A DNA stretch of 64,000 bases, from the NCBI RefSeq assembly GCF_040938485.1, contig NW_027271095.1, positions 124,001-188,000 on the forward strand, in the 5' to 3' direction. Positions 25,546 through 38,326 of this stretch are shown here, in pieces; positions within the stretch are counted from its first letter, which is position 1; every line of letters starts with the position of its first letter. The translations under genes were made by a program, and so were the position numbers. The notes below the pieces were generated by a model. It was not told the origin of the DNA. It did not search any database and saw only the letters and a list, made by a program, of their open reading frames with translations. Source of the DNA: Diadema antillarum. Its lineage: Eukaryota.

Positions 25546-28500
25546 CATTCTTTAGTATGTGTGTTGTTGTTTTTTTTTTCCCTCCTCCTCCTTCTTCTTC
25601 TTGCAGGCTGTCTTGGCAAGCCAAATATTCTTTACAAATGCAACGTCTCCAAAATCTTATTACACCATAATATGATTTAGTGGTCCTGCGTTCCTTCTTA
25701 CTCTAATTCTGACCCTAATATATATCTTGTTTCTTCTGGTATCCCTAAACACATTAACAATTTTGCCCATTTGTCTCACACGTTGATTGAAGCAGTTGTT
25801 TTGTTACATTCAAATGTGATTTCATTAGTCATTTATGTATTTATTCGTTTCTGCCACATTCTTATTAAACTGTATGAAATGTTGACGATGAACTTTGACC
25901 TTACCTCATTAACAGCCAAAGCGTCAGCAAAGCTGACTTCCTCTCCGAGGAGGAATGGCTTCTTTCCCAGCCATGTCTTGGCGAAGATATCCAACTTTCC
26001 CTTAGTGTGCTCGTGGTATTTCTTGACCGCTTCCTCATCAATGGGCTTGTTCAGCATAAATGGGTACCACACCTGCAAGTATACCAAAAGAAAATGGAAA
26101 TCACATTGCACAATAACGATTTATCACATCGAAGTATTAATGTTAGCTTGTAAGACGGTACCACTGCTCGATCACCTCATGAGTCATACAAGGTCACCTT
26201 CAGATAGACACCGTGAGAGTCTAGGTAAATTTTTGATAAGTAAGAATGACGGAAGTTGCTTTTTCGCAAGGATAAGAAATTACATCTTTCGACTCCATTT
26301 CGAGGTAAGAAAAAAAAAGTATACGTCTATTCGATTTCACTCGTATTTCGTATATTGTTTATGTTTTAAAGTTACCTGTGCCCAGTTGCGATGGTCTTGT
26401 ATAATGAATATTCAAAATCTAACGCGGGATTTAGAAATATCGCAGATGGTAACCTAACGAAACTAGAACAATTTTTCATTCATATTGGTCCTCAAATTAT
26501 ACAAAATCATTTCATTATAACATGAGATGTTTTAAAGTCGACATTCGGCATCAGACAAAAGGGTCACATTTGATAAATGAAATTTCATGAAAAATTTAAC
26601 TCCCCCGATTGAACTATTTTGTGTGTCTGCATTTGTTTTTGCATGTCATTGTATAATCATTCATTTCCTTTCAGACAAGTAAAAAGTAGTTATACCTCGT
26701 CATTATTTTTTTATGTTCTTATTTGAGAATTAACGGTGAGATAGTCTCTGTTGTGGTTCAGAGGAGCTTTTTCGGTTCAGTTTGAAAGATCATCGGACTC
26801 GACCATTGTGTCCCAGACATGAATCCGTTGGCTGTTATATAAGTGGCAATATAGTCACCTCAAATATCATTGCCCATCAGAGATATCACTGAGCAGTCGG
26901 TCTTTTGCTTGGATGCGTAATAAATATGACCATTTCATAGCTTTCTCGATGGACGAAATTCAAAATTCTAACCCGCATTTTCGGTCCCGCACCACGCAAT
27001 ATGAGTGCGAGCACACAAACCATTGGCACAGTCCTCTCGCCACCCGCGACCACTAACCTCTTCATAGGCAAGCTCTTCGAGAGGTTGTCTGATGCCCTGG
27101 TGGTGGAAGGCCATGTACTGGTCCACCTTCGCGCGTTTTTCGATGTCCGCTGGGTACCAGTTGTCCGGGTAATCATTGGGGTACTTCATCGCCAAGTACC
27201 GTAGTATGGCAACACTGTTAAATTTGGAATATGCATGTGACCGTGTCAGCATCGGTGGGTGATACATTCAAACTTTCTTCCTCCTGTTATGTGATATTAA
27301 TTGCATGGTTAATGGAACGGTCTGAGGCAATGAAAGCTAATATCGGCTGCATCGGACTTCGAGAGCACGGGGGTCAAATATGTATTTAACGGATTCATTG
27401 CTTTTATTGCACTTTGAGAAATCATCGTTTTGCAATGAGAAAGTATAAGTTGGAATGACAGTATTTTACTAATGGATCTTACCACTATGAATCATTGAAT
27501 GAATCTGAACATTTGAAAAAGCATATTTGGCTTATCTATTTCATTTGGAAACCGAAGTTAACATAAATCTATATAGTTGCGGTTTTTTAAAGATTTGAAC
27601 TGATCTCACACACCAAAGTATCGCCGTCAATCAAATTTTATAAACCCTTTATAAGTAAAACTCCAATCTGTAATCAATAAAAGAAGAAACTCAAGGGTAT
27701 GGAAATCTCTCTCTTTTTGTAAGAATTTAGCTCGTTCAAAAGTGTCAATTTGTTTCTAAAGTACCTCTCGGATAAACAGAAGTCTCCATCCTTCATTGCA
27801 GGAACCTGCATCATTGGATTGATGGCCTGGAACTCGGGCTTCTTATGCTCGTCTGAGGAGAGAATTATCACATTTTCACACTATTTTCTAAAAAATAAAA
27901 GTAATCGCCAATACAAGAGGAATTTAGTGAAAGTACCAAGAAATAACATCTCTATTTTCAACTAAAACTGTTAAACTCTAAAGTACTGAAAATCTAGAGA
28001 ACTATGTACTATCAGACACACGTTGAGACACATGGCATACAGCAGAGGGGCTCATTTCACGATTAACTTCACAAGGCCCGGGTCACATTATATACACTCA
28101 GCAAAACAAGAAAGTAAACACTTTTTTAACTTCATCTTTCTCATAGATTATTTGGCTAATATTAATGTTTTATATACTATGTTAAAGGTTTTTATAGTTT
28201 AATTGGCTTTCAACCTAGCAGGTCAATAAAAAGGGAAACGTTACGCATGAGTGAACACGTTCATTTTTCTCTTCCAAGGCACAAAAGTAAAAATGGCAAA
28301 AATGGACAAGTTGTTATTCAAGCGCATGTGCTCTTCCATATAACAATGAAACAAAAGACAGATTCAACACAATAAAAATTGCAAATTGATTTATAAAAAT
28401 CAAAGTATGATCCCCATTATGTCTCCGTAACCCTCCAAAGATAAAGAAATACAAAAAATAACGGAGGACAATGAAGAATCTTCCGTCATTTCAATATTCA

Positions 28501-30831
28501 AAAGACATAAGAGAAGAAGCAATGGTAACAAAGATGGTAAAAATTTGAAATGCTATTCCAATTTAAGAAAATTTGAAAATAATATTTGGTTCTTGAATTT
28601 GTCTAATGAATGCTTTAATTTCTTAAAAGAAATAAAGAAATTCTGTCTATTTTATCACCTTTGCGGCTTACTCCCTGTGTCATTTAAACTTTGAGTTGAC
28701 AGAAAATTCCCATGTTTCCCCTTCACTTTCCCCACTATGTTACTATGTTTGAGAGTATAAAGAGAAACAAGAGAACGAACATTTATATCTGCTATTTCAT
28801 TCATGTCTCTCATTGCGCTACATTGGTCTTTTACTATCGTTGTTATCTTGAAGGGCATTTGTATATTAAGTTCATTATGGGAATTTCTGCAATTTATACT
28901 TTTGTGCCTTGGAGGACAAAAACGAATGTGGTCACTCATGCTTACATTTTCCTTTTGTATAAACCTACCAGGTTGATAGCCAATTAAATAACCTTTTATA
29001 TGGTATATGACACAATGATTTTTATGAAGATCTTCTATGAAAATATGAACTGGAAAAAGTGTTTACTTTCTTTTTTTTCTTTTTTTTTTGCTGAGTGTAT
29101 AGCATTATCTCGGCACATCTTCTGATCCTTCGTTGACTGTTGACCGTTTGTTAGGTATTGTCGTGTTTTTATAACAATTACCTTTTTAGAAGGGATTAAT
29201 CTTTTAATCATTAATTTCATGATATTTCATGCATTTGATATACTGTAATGGATTTCAACATTGGTGCATGCCATCATGAGTTTTAATGTGACCATTTCAG
29301 CTAATCTTTGCATAATGGGAATCATGTTTAAAGGGGATGGCTGGCAACTGATCAGTGGGAATCAGTGGGAATGCTGGGGGATGATTGTTCCAGTCCTTGT
29401 GGGATTCATTTAAGTGATTGCACATTACGATCGTTAACGATCGTTAACGATCGCCCCGTCACTGTACAGGCATGCTAACCTGGAAACATTAAACTGCACA
29501 TTACTTGAATATGAGACCATTCTGAAGCAAATAATTTTCACACAACAATACATATATAATGTACTCTTAAATGAATCCCACAAGGATTGGAACAATCATC
29601 CCCCAGCATTCCCACTGATTCCCACTGGTCAGCTACTAGCCATCCCCTTTAAATGAAAGTGCAATCAGGCAAATTATTGTAAGACTAAAATAAAACATTG
29701 GTCGTCTCGTTACTTTCGTATGTTACTGTAATAAGTGAGATTTCATGTCACGACGTAGCCGATTAGCTTGTTATCAAAATTCCTGTTCCCGTGCATACAT
29801 GCATGGCACACAGAAACCAATGCCACCGTATACGAGAATCATGAATTTCTCGGGCATACTGATAATCAAACATGCAGACGACCTTTTCCCTGATGGTAAA
29901 CATTTACAAGTCCATGGTCCCTTGCCGAAAGATAAGGCACACGCTTGAATGAATGACAGCACTACATCAATCATCGAAGATATTCATCTTATCTGTATAC
30001 TGTTTGTCACAGGAAGTCATCATCATATGATAATCTGCAATTCATCGTGTAATGATTGTTCCAGGTCCGTACGCTATAGATGCCAGGAGTGAGATTATCA
30101 TCTGGTTTTTTATTAATGTACATTACAGCTTGGATCAAGGAAATATGGACATGCACTATTCAGGATTAAGCATCAGGCATGTCAATGAGTCAATAAAAAA
30201 AAAGCAAATCTGGTGTTATTAAAATGTGGAGCTGGAATCCTGGAACTCCATACTACACTCTGAAATCCCTACCTGAATCCCATTCACTATACTAAACGCC
30301 GAAATCATAAACGCAAACTTCACTGCGAATATACCCACTGCATAATGTCAGCACAGAGTGACTTTCGAAAGTAAAACTGTGTGAAGCCAAGTGCATACAG
30401 ATGCCATCTTTCCTGTACAAACCACAAGCTATATGCTAGAGGTCTGAGCGGAGTACAGGTGTCCTCAGGTAAGGTCATCCGCATCACGTTTGCATATACA
30501 GCTGTTGGACCTTGCCTCGTCCACTACTCATGGGAAGCAGAGACAATTCCCCCTCCCGAGCCCCTCCCAATTTTGATATAACAATTACAGATGCAAACAA
30601 AAGGTGTAACGGGCTCCTCGCTCTCATATTCTGTGCATAATAATACACAGTAGATCAATTAAACTGCATCGGCGAGCCATTTTTATATGAACAGAAACTA
30701 TGAACAATTTTATACGCACCCTTCAGGAGTTCTACGTGGACGAACTCGTGAGGGATTTTCGAGTTCTTTAGAAAGAGCATGACGGAGCGACAAGGCTGCG
30801 ACAGCACATCGACAAAGACCTTCACCACCAT
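25142..30831 (-). CDS. GSTT1: Glutathione S-transferase theta class, paralog B (228 aa, 5 exons)
   Basis: Exons 30831-30720 (112), 27852-27765 (88), 27214-27058 (157), 26072-25905 (168), 25303-25142 (162). All introns are GT-AG and the frame is open. Motifs: DVLSQPCR, INPMMQVP, WYPADIEKRAKVD, VSFAD. Confidence 0.95.
28095..29097. mobile_element. Tc1/mariner-like non-autonomous element in GST B intron 1
   Basis: TA flanks and TIRs CACTCAGCAAAA…AAGAAAGTAAACACTTTT / AAAAGTGTTTACTTTCTT…TTTTGCTGAGTG. Confidence 0.75.
29332..29648. mobile_element. Kolobok-like MITE with ~83-bp TIRs in GST B intron 1
   Basis: TTAA flanks at 29328-29331 and 29649-29652, with long near-perfect TIRs AGGGGATGGCT…GGGATTCATTTAAG. 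Confidence 0.85.
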
Positions 30832-32300
30832 GTTGGACGTCTTGCTCTCGATCTTCCAGCAGGTAGAATACAGTAATGTGCAGCAACCTTCTCTCGCGGT
30901 ATCACACGTACATATGATTTGCGCAAGTCATTCCGCTGCCACTACAGAGTGTCGGCTGCCCACACTTGAAGTTCAACGTATCGTCGGTATTATGTAAACA
31001 TAACCTTTTAACTGATTTATGCTTCGCGTGGTGACATATTGCGAAAGATTAAAAAAGCAACGAAAATACAACGTATACAGGGTCGGAGCTATACTGCGAT
31101 ATGATATAGCATATAGATTGTGGTGGACGCATGTTAATATAATCATATAGGCCTACGTGTGTCGCGATAAACTTATTGCATATTTTATATTAGGATAATT
31201 GAGACATATTATGCATGCGTGCATACACATACTGGCACACACACAAACACACACACACGGCCACACACATGCTTACATTGTAAAACCTGCATTAGCGGCT
31301 ATCTGTCAATAGCGGCCACCTGCCGTAAAAGGCCACTAAAATGTTACCTAATGAAACTATGCTTTTGACTTCTTTCACTTTCATACGCGGCAGATCAACT
31401 TAATGCCTGCTTTGATTCGCGTGATACATAGCCGACGCCAAGTTTTCAAAAGTGTGTGTGTGTTGGGGGGGGGGGGGGGGCACTCCCGGGTTTCATCAGC
31501 TAACAAGCAAGCAACGTGCATTTTGTTATGTCATCATAATAAAATATGTTATTCTAGATTAGTTAAAAGCATTATATACCAGTTGCAGATGAAACAAAAA
31601 CCCAGCTTTAGTGCTTCAAAATAGTTCTAAAAATTAATGTGAGTTAAGGATAGAAACAACCAATGTAATAATTTTAATCATCATATAATCGATGTTACGT
31701 ATTGTTAATACACAAAATGTGAACAATAGTTATGATAACATTGTTTCCAGAATAACCGTCTACAATTATGGTTTCTTGAGAAAAATAGTGATAGCTCCTT
31801 ATATTTTAGATTGTACTGCAAATTTTATATATGGTAGGACGTTTAGTGATACAACTGAGCTACACATATGCATCAAATGTGATAAATCTAACATTTTCTA
31901 CATTACTGTTCCAAAATATGTAACCAATACCTTTAATGTTCTATCATAGCAGCTAATACAAATGTTTTAAAAAAATGATAGTGGAGAGCATGATTCAAAT
32001 GCTACCAAGAGGGATAAGAGAGCGGTTAAATGTGTTTCATATAATCATATTTACATTGTATAATATATATGTATATAATCCTATATATAGTCCTTTGGAA
32101 TGGTCCAGTTGTGGGTCGGTCGATGGAGGTGTACACTGATTTTGATTTTTCAGTACTTATCGCATTTATACACTGTATCTATTTTTTTTTTTTTTGTATT
32201 TGAATTTTGGTACTTTTGTATTATTTTGGTCTAAATATTAATTTTTCCGGTAAACCGTGCGCTTAGAAACATCCGTATTAATCGCCTTATAAATGTACTG

Positions 32301-32346
<46 letters not shown>

Positions 32347-32433
32347 TATATTCAACTCTTGCACTTTTCCGGAAAGGAGGAACAGTGAGAGAAACAATGA
32401 TGTCAAAGCTACGCACCGATTTCTCCTTCCTTT

Positions 32434-32589
32434 NNNNNNNNNNNNNNNNNNNNNNNNNNNNNNNNNNNNNNNNNNNNNNNNNNNNNNNNNNNNNNNNNNN
32501 NNNNNNNNNNNNNNNNNNNNNNNNNNNNNNNNNNNNNNNNNNNNNNNNNNNNNNNNNNNNNNNNNNNNNNNNNNNNNNNNNNNNNNNNN
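32434..32589. other. N run (gap or masked tract); others at 1568-1696 and 62181-62311
   Basis: Runs of 156, 129 and 131 N. Two of them are flanked by CT-rich sequence. Confidence 0.95.
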
Positions 32590-32908
32590 TTTCTAGAGAC
32601 GATACTGCTAAATCTATCACATCACTCAGCTCAGATCACGATGTTTCGACTTTGTTCGTATTAAATGTTTACATTTTCTTTCAGACTGTTAGGGTGGCAG
32701 GGTGATTTCACAAAAGTTATAAAATGCTGAATAGTTAAAGGGCGGGTATTCTTGAGTCTGTCAACGTTTGAGGACGATATTATGACCAACACCGTTGCCC
32801 TGAATAATTCAACAAAGGCGTAAAGCACGAGGCGATTTCATAAGCTTTGATTTCATGAAGTACCGTCGTGAATAGAGTGAGGTCAGTGGCATGCAATGTA
32901 TAAATGTA

Positions 32909-33094
32909 CAGTGCACTCCCGTTATAAGGAACTCGGTTATAACGTAATTCCGGTTACAACGAAGTAAAAATTCAGGCTGCAACATTATCCGCTGTATGTA
33001 TTTTTATTGTCTATTTGTTCGGTTACATCGACATTTCGATATACTGAAAGAAAACTGCCAGTCCCCAGGACTTCGTTATAACGGGAGTCCACTG
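32909..33094. mobile_element. Tigger/pogo-like MITE, intact copy
   Basis: TA-CAGTGCACTCCCGTTATAA…TTATAACGGGAGTCCACTG-TA. Confidence 0.8.
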
Positions 33095-34014
33095 TATATA
33101 GGCTAATATTTTCTTGAGACCTCCTTGAGCAAATTGCTTGAAATATACTTATTATTATTTACTTATTATTACATGTATTAACTGATTAGACATGTTGTAA
33201 ACTTGACCTTGTCAACCGAATCCCCTATAACTTCAGTCCTTTGGTCTCTGTATTATCGGCGACTAACGCCGGATTGAACTTATTAGCCTAATAAAAAGAA
33301 AAAAAAACAGCAACAATTTATAAGTAAGATTTTAACATGAGTTAATGTACAAAGATTTGAAATACTGTCACGTGAATTATACGCAGTCCTTTGTGATTTT
33401 GTTAATCGAGTAAATTTCACAAGGGCCCAGCATACTGTATAAATGCAAGCGTTGAACCAAAATTTAGTGAATGATAAAAAACAAATACCCAACAACATAA
33501 CTGTATACGGATGCTTTTGGAAGTATACACTCGTACCACCGTTACAGACAAGGAGCGGAGATTATGCGTTAACTGCGTAACCCATATAGTCTGTGTATAG
33601 AGTGTAAGAGATCCAAAGTGACTATGTGTAATGGGAACTAACGCTTGGCTTGTCTCTTACAAAAGGTTTTCGAATATCATGCCTGAGGTTTGAATTTACG
33701 TTCATAGTATAGTTGAATCGTTCAGCTACAGTGACGAACTCAGCTAGATGTATATGAATGAATGCAAGAGCCTTTTAAAACGGGGACATTATACCAGGGC
33801 CCCGTTTTATCAAAAGAATACCACACAGGCTGCCATAGACTTATGATAGAAATCAACTATATAAACAATTATAACTCTTCATAAAACAGGGCCCTGTGGA
33901 ATAAATTTCACAAATTGTATTGTAAGGTGAAAAATCATTAGAAGAAAGTGCTTGGAATAATATAGCACACACCGTGTCTCAATATTTCATTCAGATCGAA
34001 ATCATGAAATTTAA

Positions 34015-34322
34015 TTCAATTCAATTCAGTTCAATTCGTTTATTTCATTTTCAATCACAATCAAAAATATGAAGCATTCAGTGTTACAGAAAAACATAAA
34101 AAACAATGACATATAAAAGGAACCACAACGACATCAGAACTACAGTCATAAATTGTTCCAGATTACAGCACGCAACAAGTAAAATGGAAAATGGTGTACA
34201 CATAAAAAGCCAATAAGGCCTGTAGGCGCGTATACACCGTTGTTACAAATCATGTAGAATTGGAATCTAAGTTATTTTCAGAAATCATAAATCAGTTTTA
34301 TACAGAAGATACACAAAAGAAC
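34015..34322 (-). mobile_element. LINE-type 3' tail insertion specific to duplicate copy C
   Basis: (TTGAA)n-like tail on the minus strand and a 6-bp TSD ATTTAA at 34009-34014 and 34323-34328. It is absent at the B site near 22640. Confidence 0.65.
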
Positions 34323-34549
34323 ATTTAAGATACAAGATTATGCCAAATCTAGATCGGGGTAGATCTGTCTCAGAGTTAATGCTATTTTTTCTTATCCATC
34401 CATTTATAACTGGTGCAAATGAAGGATTAGGGTTATATCCTTAAAAAATCACTGAATAAGATGGATGTTGAATATTTAAGGCAATGAAACAAAGAATGCG
34501 ATCAGCGCGAGCTACTGTATGTTGATATGTAAGTACTCTCTTTGCCCTT

Positions 34550-34885
34550 CCAGAGAACAGGAAGCATTTCTTCGCATACGTCAGATCTAGGAAGAAAAGT
34601 GCATCTCCTCCAATTCTACTTGTATAGATGGGGAAGTCATCAATAAGAATAGTGACATAGCTAACAGCTTTGGAGTATTTTTTGAGTCAATCTACCCTCC
34701 TCCATGTGTGTTGCCAGAAGGTCCGAGTGCATGACAACGTAATGATCCTCTACCTCAACTTTGCTCCATTTCAATTTCATCTCAGGAAGTTTACAGGGGA
34801 ATCATGCAGTTGCAGGATAAGAAAAGCCCTGGCCCCGATTTGATCACTCCTACCCTTCTCAAAAAATCAGTGGGTGTGATATAAT
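34550..34885 (+). mobile_element. Degenerate non-LTR retrotransposon ORF2 fragment (CR1/L2/Jockey group, region just upstream of RT)
   Basis: Manual translation gives PENRKHFFAYVRSRKK / IDGEVINKNSDIANSFGVFFESIY…SISISSQEVYRGIMQLQDKKSPGPDLITPTLLKK, with one frameshift and stops. KSPGPD is the diagnostic motif. Confidence 0.8.
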
Positions 34886-36094
34886 CTCCTGTCCTGCAAC
34901 GTCAATACGACAATACAATATTTGTCTTTGCACATGCTAATAGCAACAACAGAGTAGCTTTTAAGTAGTGTGTACTAGTATACAAATTGTGGTGATGGCT
35001 ATCATTCCCTTGACATACTGCTCTCCTTAATTTCCTCAAAGCGGAAGGCTGTAATACATTGAAATACTGTCTTGACAAAACAAAAAGTGTAAAAGCCCAA
35101 AAAGTGTGGAAATTTCAAATAATTATTAACATAACAATTATTGATTGGCAGGTCATTTTCACTTCAATGTCAAAGACATCAGCCCATCCCCCCCCCCCCG
35201 GGAAAAAAAATTAAATGTGAATAGACCTTGCGCTGGTGACTGGTTTTTGCTCCTATATCGCTTTATTATCCCAATATGTCTAGGGTACACTTTGCCAATG
35301 TGAGATGACAGTTTTGCATGATTGGCAAATAATCATTATCTGGTAAGTATGCATCATGATGATACTTTGAGGCATTTTCAAATTTGGAAAATGTTCACTT
35401 GACCTTTGACCCTATGGCTTAAATCTTTCCCTACAGACTCATTTTGCAGTAGTAAATGTAAGTCAAGTTTGAGTCATTTCCAAGCCATGAAGAAAATATT
35501 TATTGGTGTATCAGCACTAAACGGTGTAATTCAAGCATTTTAACCTGACCTTTGACCTTTGACCAAAAACCAAAAATTTACAAGAGAGAAATATTGTAAG
35601 GCAGTACATGTGTAGTTTTATGTAAAATATTTTATGAAGATTTCACTTTAAGCCTAAGATATCAAGGAAAAGGTGATATTTTCGCATTTTCACTTGACAT
35701 TTGACTTTTGACCCTATGGCTTAAAACTTTCGCTTGAAAATGTTCATCTGGTCATACATATGTACACGTTAAGTTTCATGAAAAATACTTTCTGGCATGC
35801 CGAAATAAGAGTGAAATAGTGAAATTTTAAAATTTGATGTTGAGCTTAAGACTTTTACCTTCAACAAATGCACCCAGTAGTTCATTATGCACAACTCCGT
35901 CCACTTATACATTCAGAATTATGCAAAGTTTCACTTGGATAACTCAAACGGTTCTGAATTACGTCGTCTACAAAATAAATTAAGGACGGAGAGGGACAAC
36001 CCTTAAACATGTATTGTGGCGGAGACATAAAACAAATATCCCACACATGAATGGGACAAATGATGTGTCACATTCGGACTCAGCGTCGAAGGAA

Positions 36095-36683
36095 CTACTT
36101 CTTGTTCTTAGCGATGAACTCGTCCCTCCATTTGTAGACATCAGCGGAGAGCTCGTCGAACACTGGGTTCAATGCGTCTCGAACCCGCTCCATGTAGGCC
36201 TTGAGAGTGTCGTTGCTATCGGTGACCGGATCTCGAGAGATGGTGCTTTGTACCAGCTACATGGTCATATGTGCGGTGTTCAAATTAAGAGAAAATGAGA
36301 GATAAAGAGGGTATACTATACCAATAAGCTCTCCGTGTTCTTGCTTCGACAGAATTCTTTGACTCCATAAGTATAGGTCAATCTACACAAGTCCTTCTCG
36401 AATATATCAAAGCAAAAAGACTGAAACCATTTCATATAATCATCTATGGTGGTTCATGTTTCAAAGCATTGCAAGATTAATCTGATTTATAATATTACGA
36501 GTTGCATAAAGAAAGATTTCAATTCAAATCAATTCAATTCAAATTTATTTTCATTTCCATTAAATAAACAGGGCAAATTACATACAACGCATTAACAGAA
36601 CTGATTTGTAATAATTTCAAGAATGTAAATTAAGACATACATGTAATCATGAGTAACAAAATAATTGGATTGTTGGTATATAG

Positions 36684-36728
<45 letters not shown>

Positions 36729-38293
36729 TATTAGTTTAATTCGGTCCTGATCTTTGGTGTATTATATTTTTTCACTGCATGCAGAGTGAAAATAAAATAA
36801 ATTGTAAAAATCGGTCCCACGTGTTTTTATATTTTACCCCGTGAATAAACTCAACGTCATGATTACTTTATAGCAATCTATCAATACGCGATCCAGTTCC
36901 ATCTGATGCTGTTTTTACTGTGTGTGTTGTTGTTGCTGTTGTTGTTTTTTTCTCCTCCTCCTTCTTCTTCTTGGCAAGCCAAATATTCTTTTCAAAGGCA
37001 ACGTCTCCAAAATCTTATTACACCATAATATGATTTAGGGGTCTTGCATTCCTTCTTACTCTAATTCTTACCCTAATATATATCTTGTTTCTTCTGGTAT
37101 CCCTAAACACATTAACAATTTTGCCCATTTGTCTCACACGTTGATTGAAGCAGTTGTTTTGTTACATTCAAATGTGATTTCATTTGTCATTTATGTATTT
37201 ATTCGTTTCTACCACATTCTTATTAAAATTTATGGTATGATAACGCTGAACTTTGACCTTACCTCATTCACAGCCATGACGTCAGCAAAGCTGACTTCCG
37301 CTCCGAGGAGGAATGGCTTCTTTCCCAGCCATGTCTTGGCGAAGATATCCAACTTTCCTTTAGTGTGCTCGTGGTACTTCTTGACCGCTTCCTCATCAAT
37401 GGGCTTGTTCAGCATAACTGGGTACGGCCACGCCTGCAAGTATGCACAAAGAAAATGGAAATCACAATGACGATTTATCACATCGCATAAGTTATCAATG
37501 TTAGCTTGTAAGACGGTATCACTGCTCACCTCATGAGTCATGAAAGGTCCCCCTCAGATAGACACTCTGAAAGTAGTTTTATTTTTGCTAAGTAAAAATG
37601 ACGGAAGTTGCTTTTTCGCAAGGATGAAAAAAATCACGTCTTTCGACTAAATTTCGAGGTAAGAAAAAAAATACACGTCTATTCGATTTTACTCGTATTT
37701 TGTATACTAGTCAATTGTACCCGTGGAGTGCTGAATCAGCCGAAGCGGGGCATAGAGGGGGGCGGGGGGGGGGGGGGGGGGGGGAGGGGCTATGATGAAG
37801 TACATGTATCATGCTTGTTTGGCTTCAGCCAGTGCCCAGAAATCCTCTATGGGGATTCCCCCAGAAATGGTCAAGGTCACTAGGTCAACGGAGGTCAAAT
37901 AACTGTTTTGCGCTACTACTTGGTCCGATCTTGACCAAACTTGCTGGAAGCATAAGTAGGCCTACACTTGGGAAATCCCCATTGAGGATATTTCTGGGGG
38001 AATCCCCATATAAGTAGGCCTACACCTGGGAAATCCCTATTGAGGATATTTCTGGGGGAAAATAATGCACATACCGAGGTGCCACCGCATGTACCAATGC
38101 AGCCAAGGTAGGAAAAGTAAGAAATCAATATAGCGCCCTCTTATCGGGTCTCTGATTATTGCAGCTGACGAAGATTAAAAGTTATTTGACCTTTGACCTC
38201 GGTGACCTTAACCTTTCCAAAAATGAACCTGCATCCACCCACTAAGTTTGATGGAGATCGGACCAAGGACCTGGGAGGAGTAGAGGAACAAAT

Positions 38294-38326
<33 letters not shown>

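Noticed and set aside
25771-26457. 228-aa plus-strand ORF, the longest in the track (paralog at 37129-37470)
   Set aside because: Antisense shadow of GST exon 4 plus intron. It is truncated in the duplicate and has no domain.
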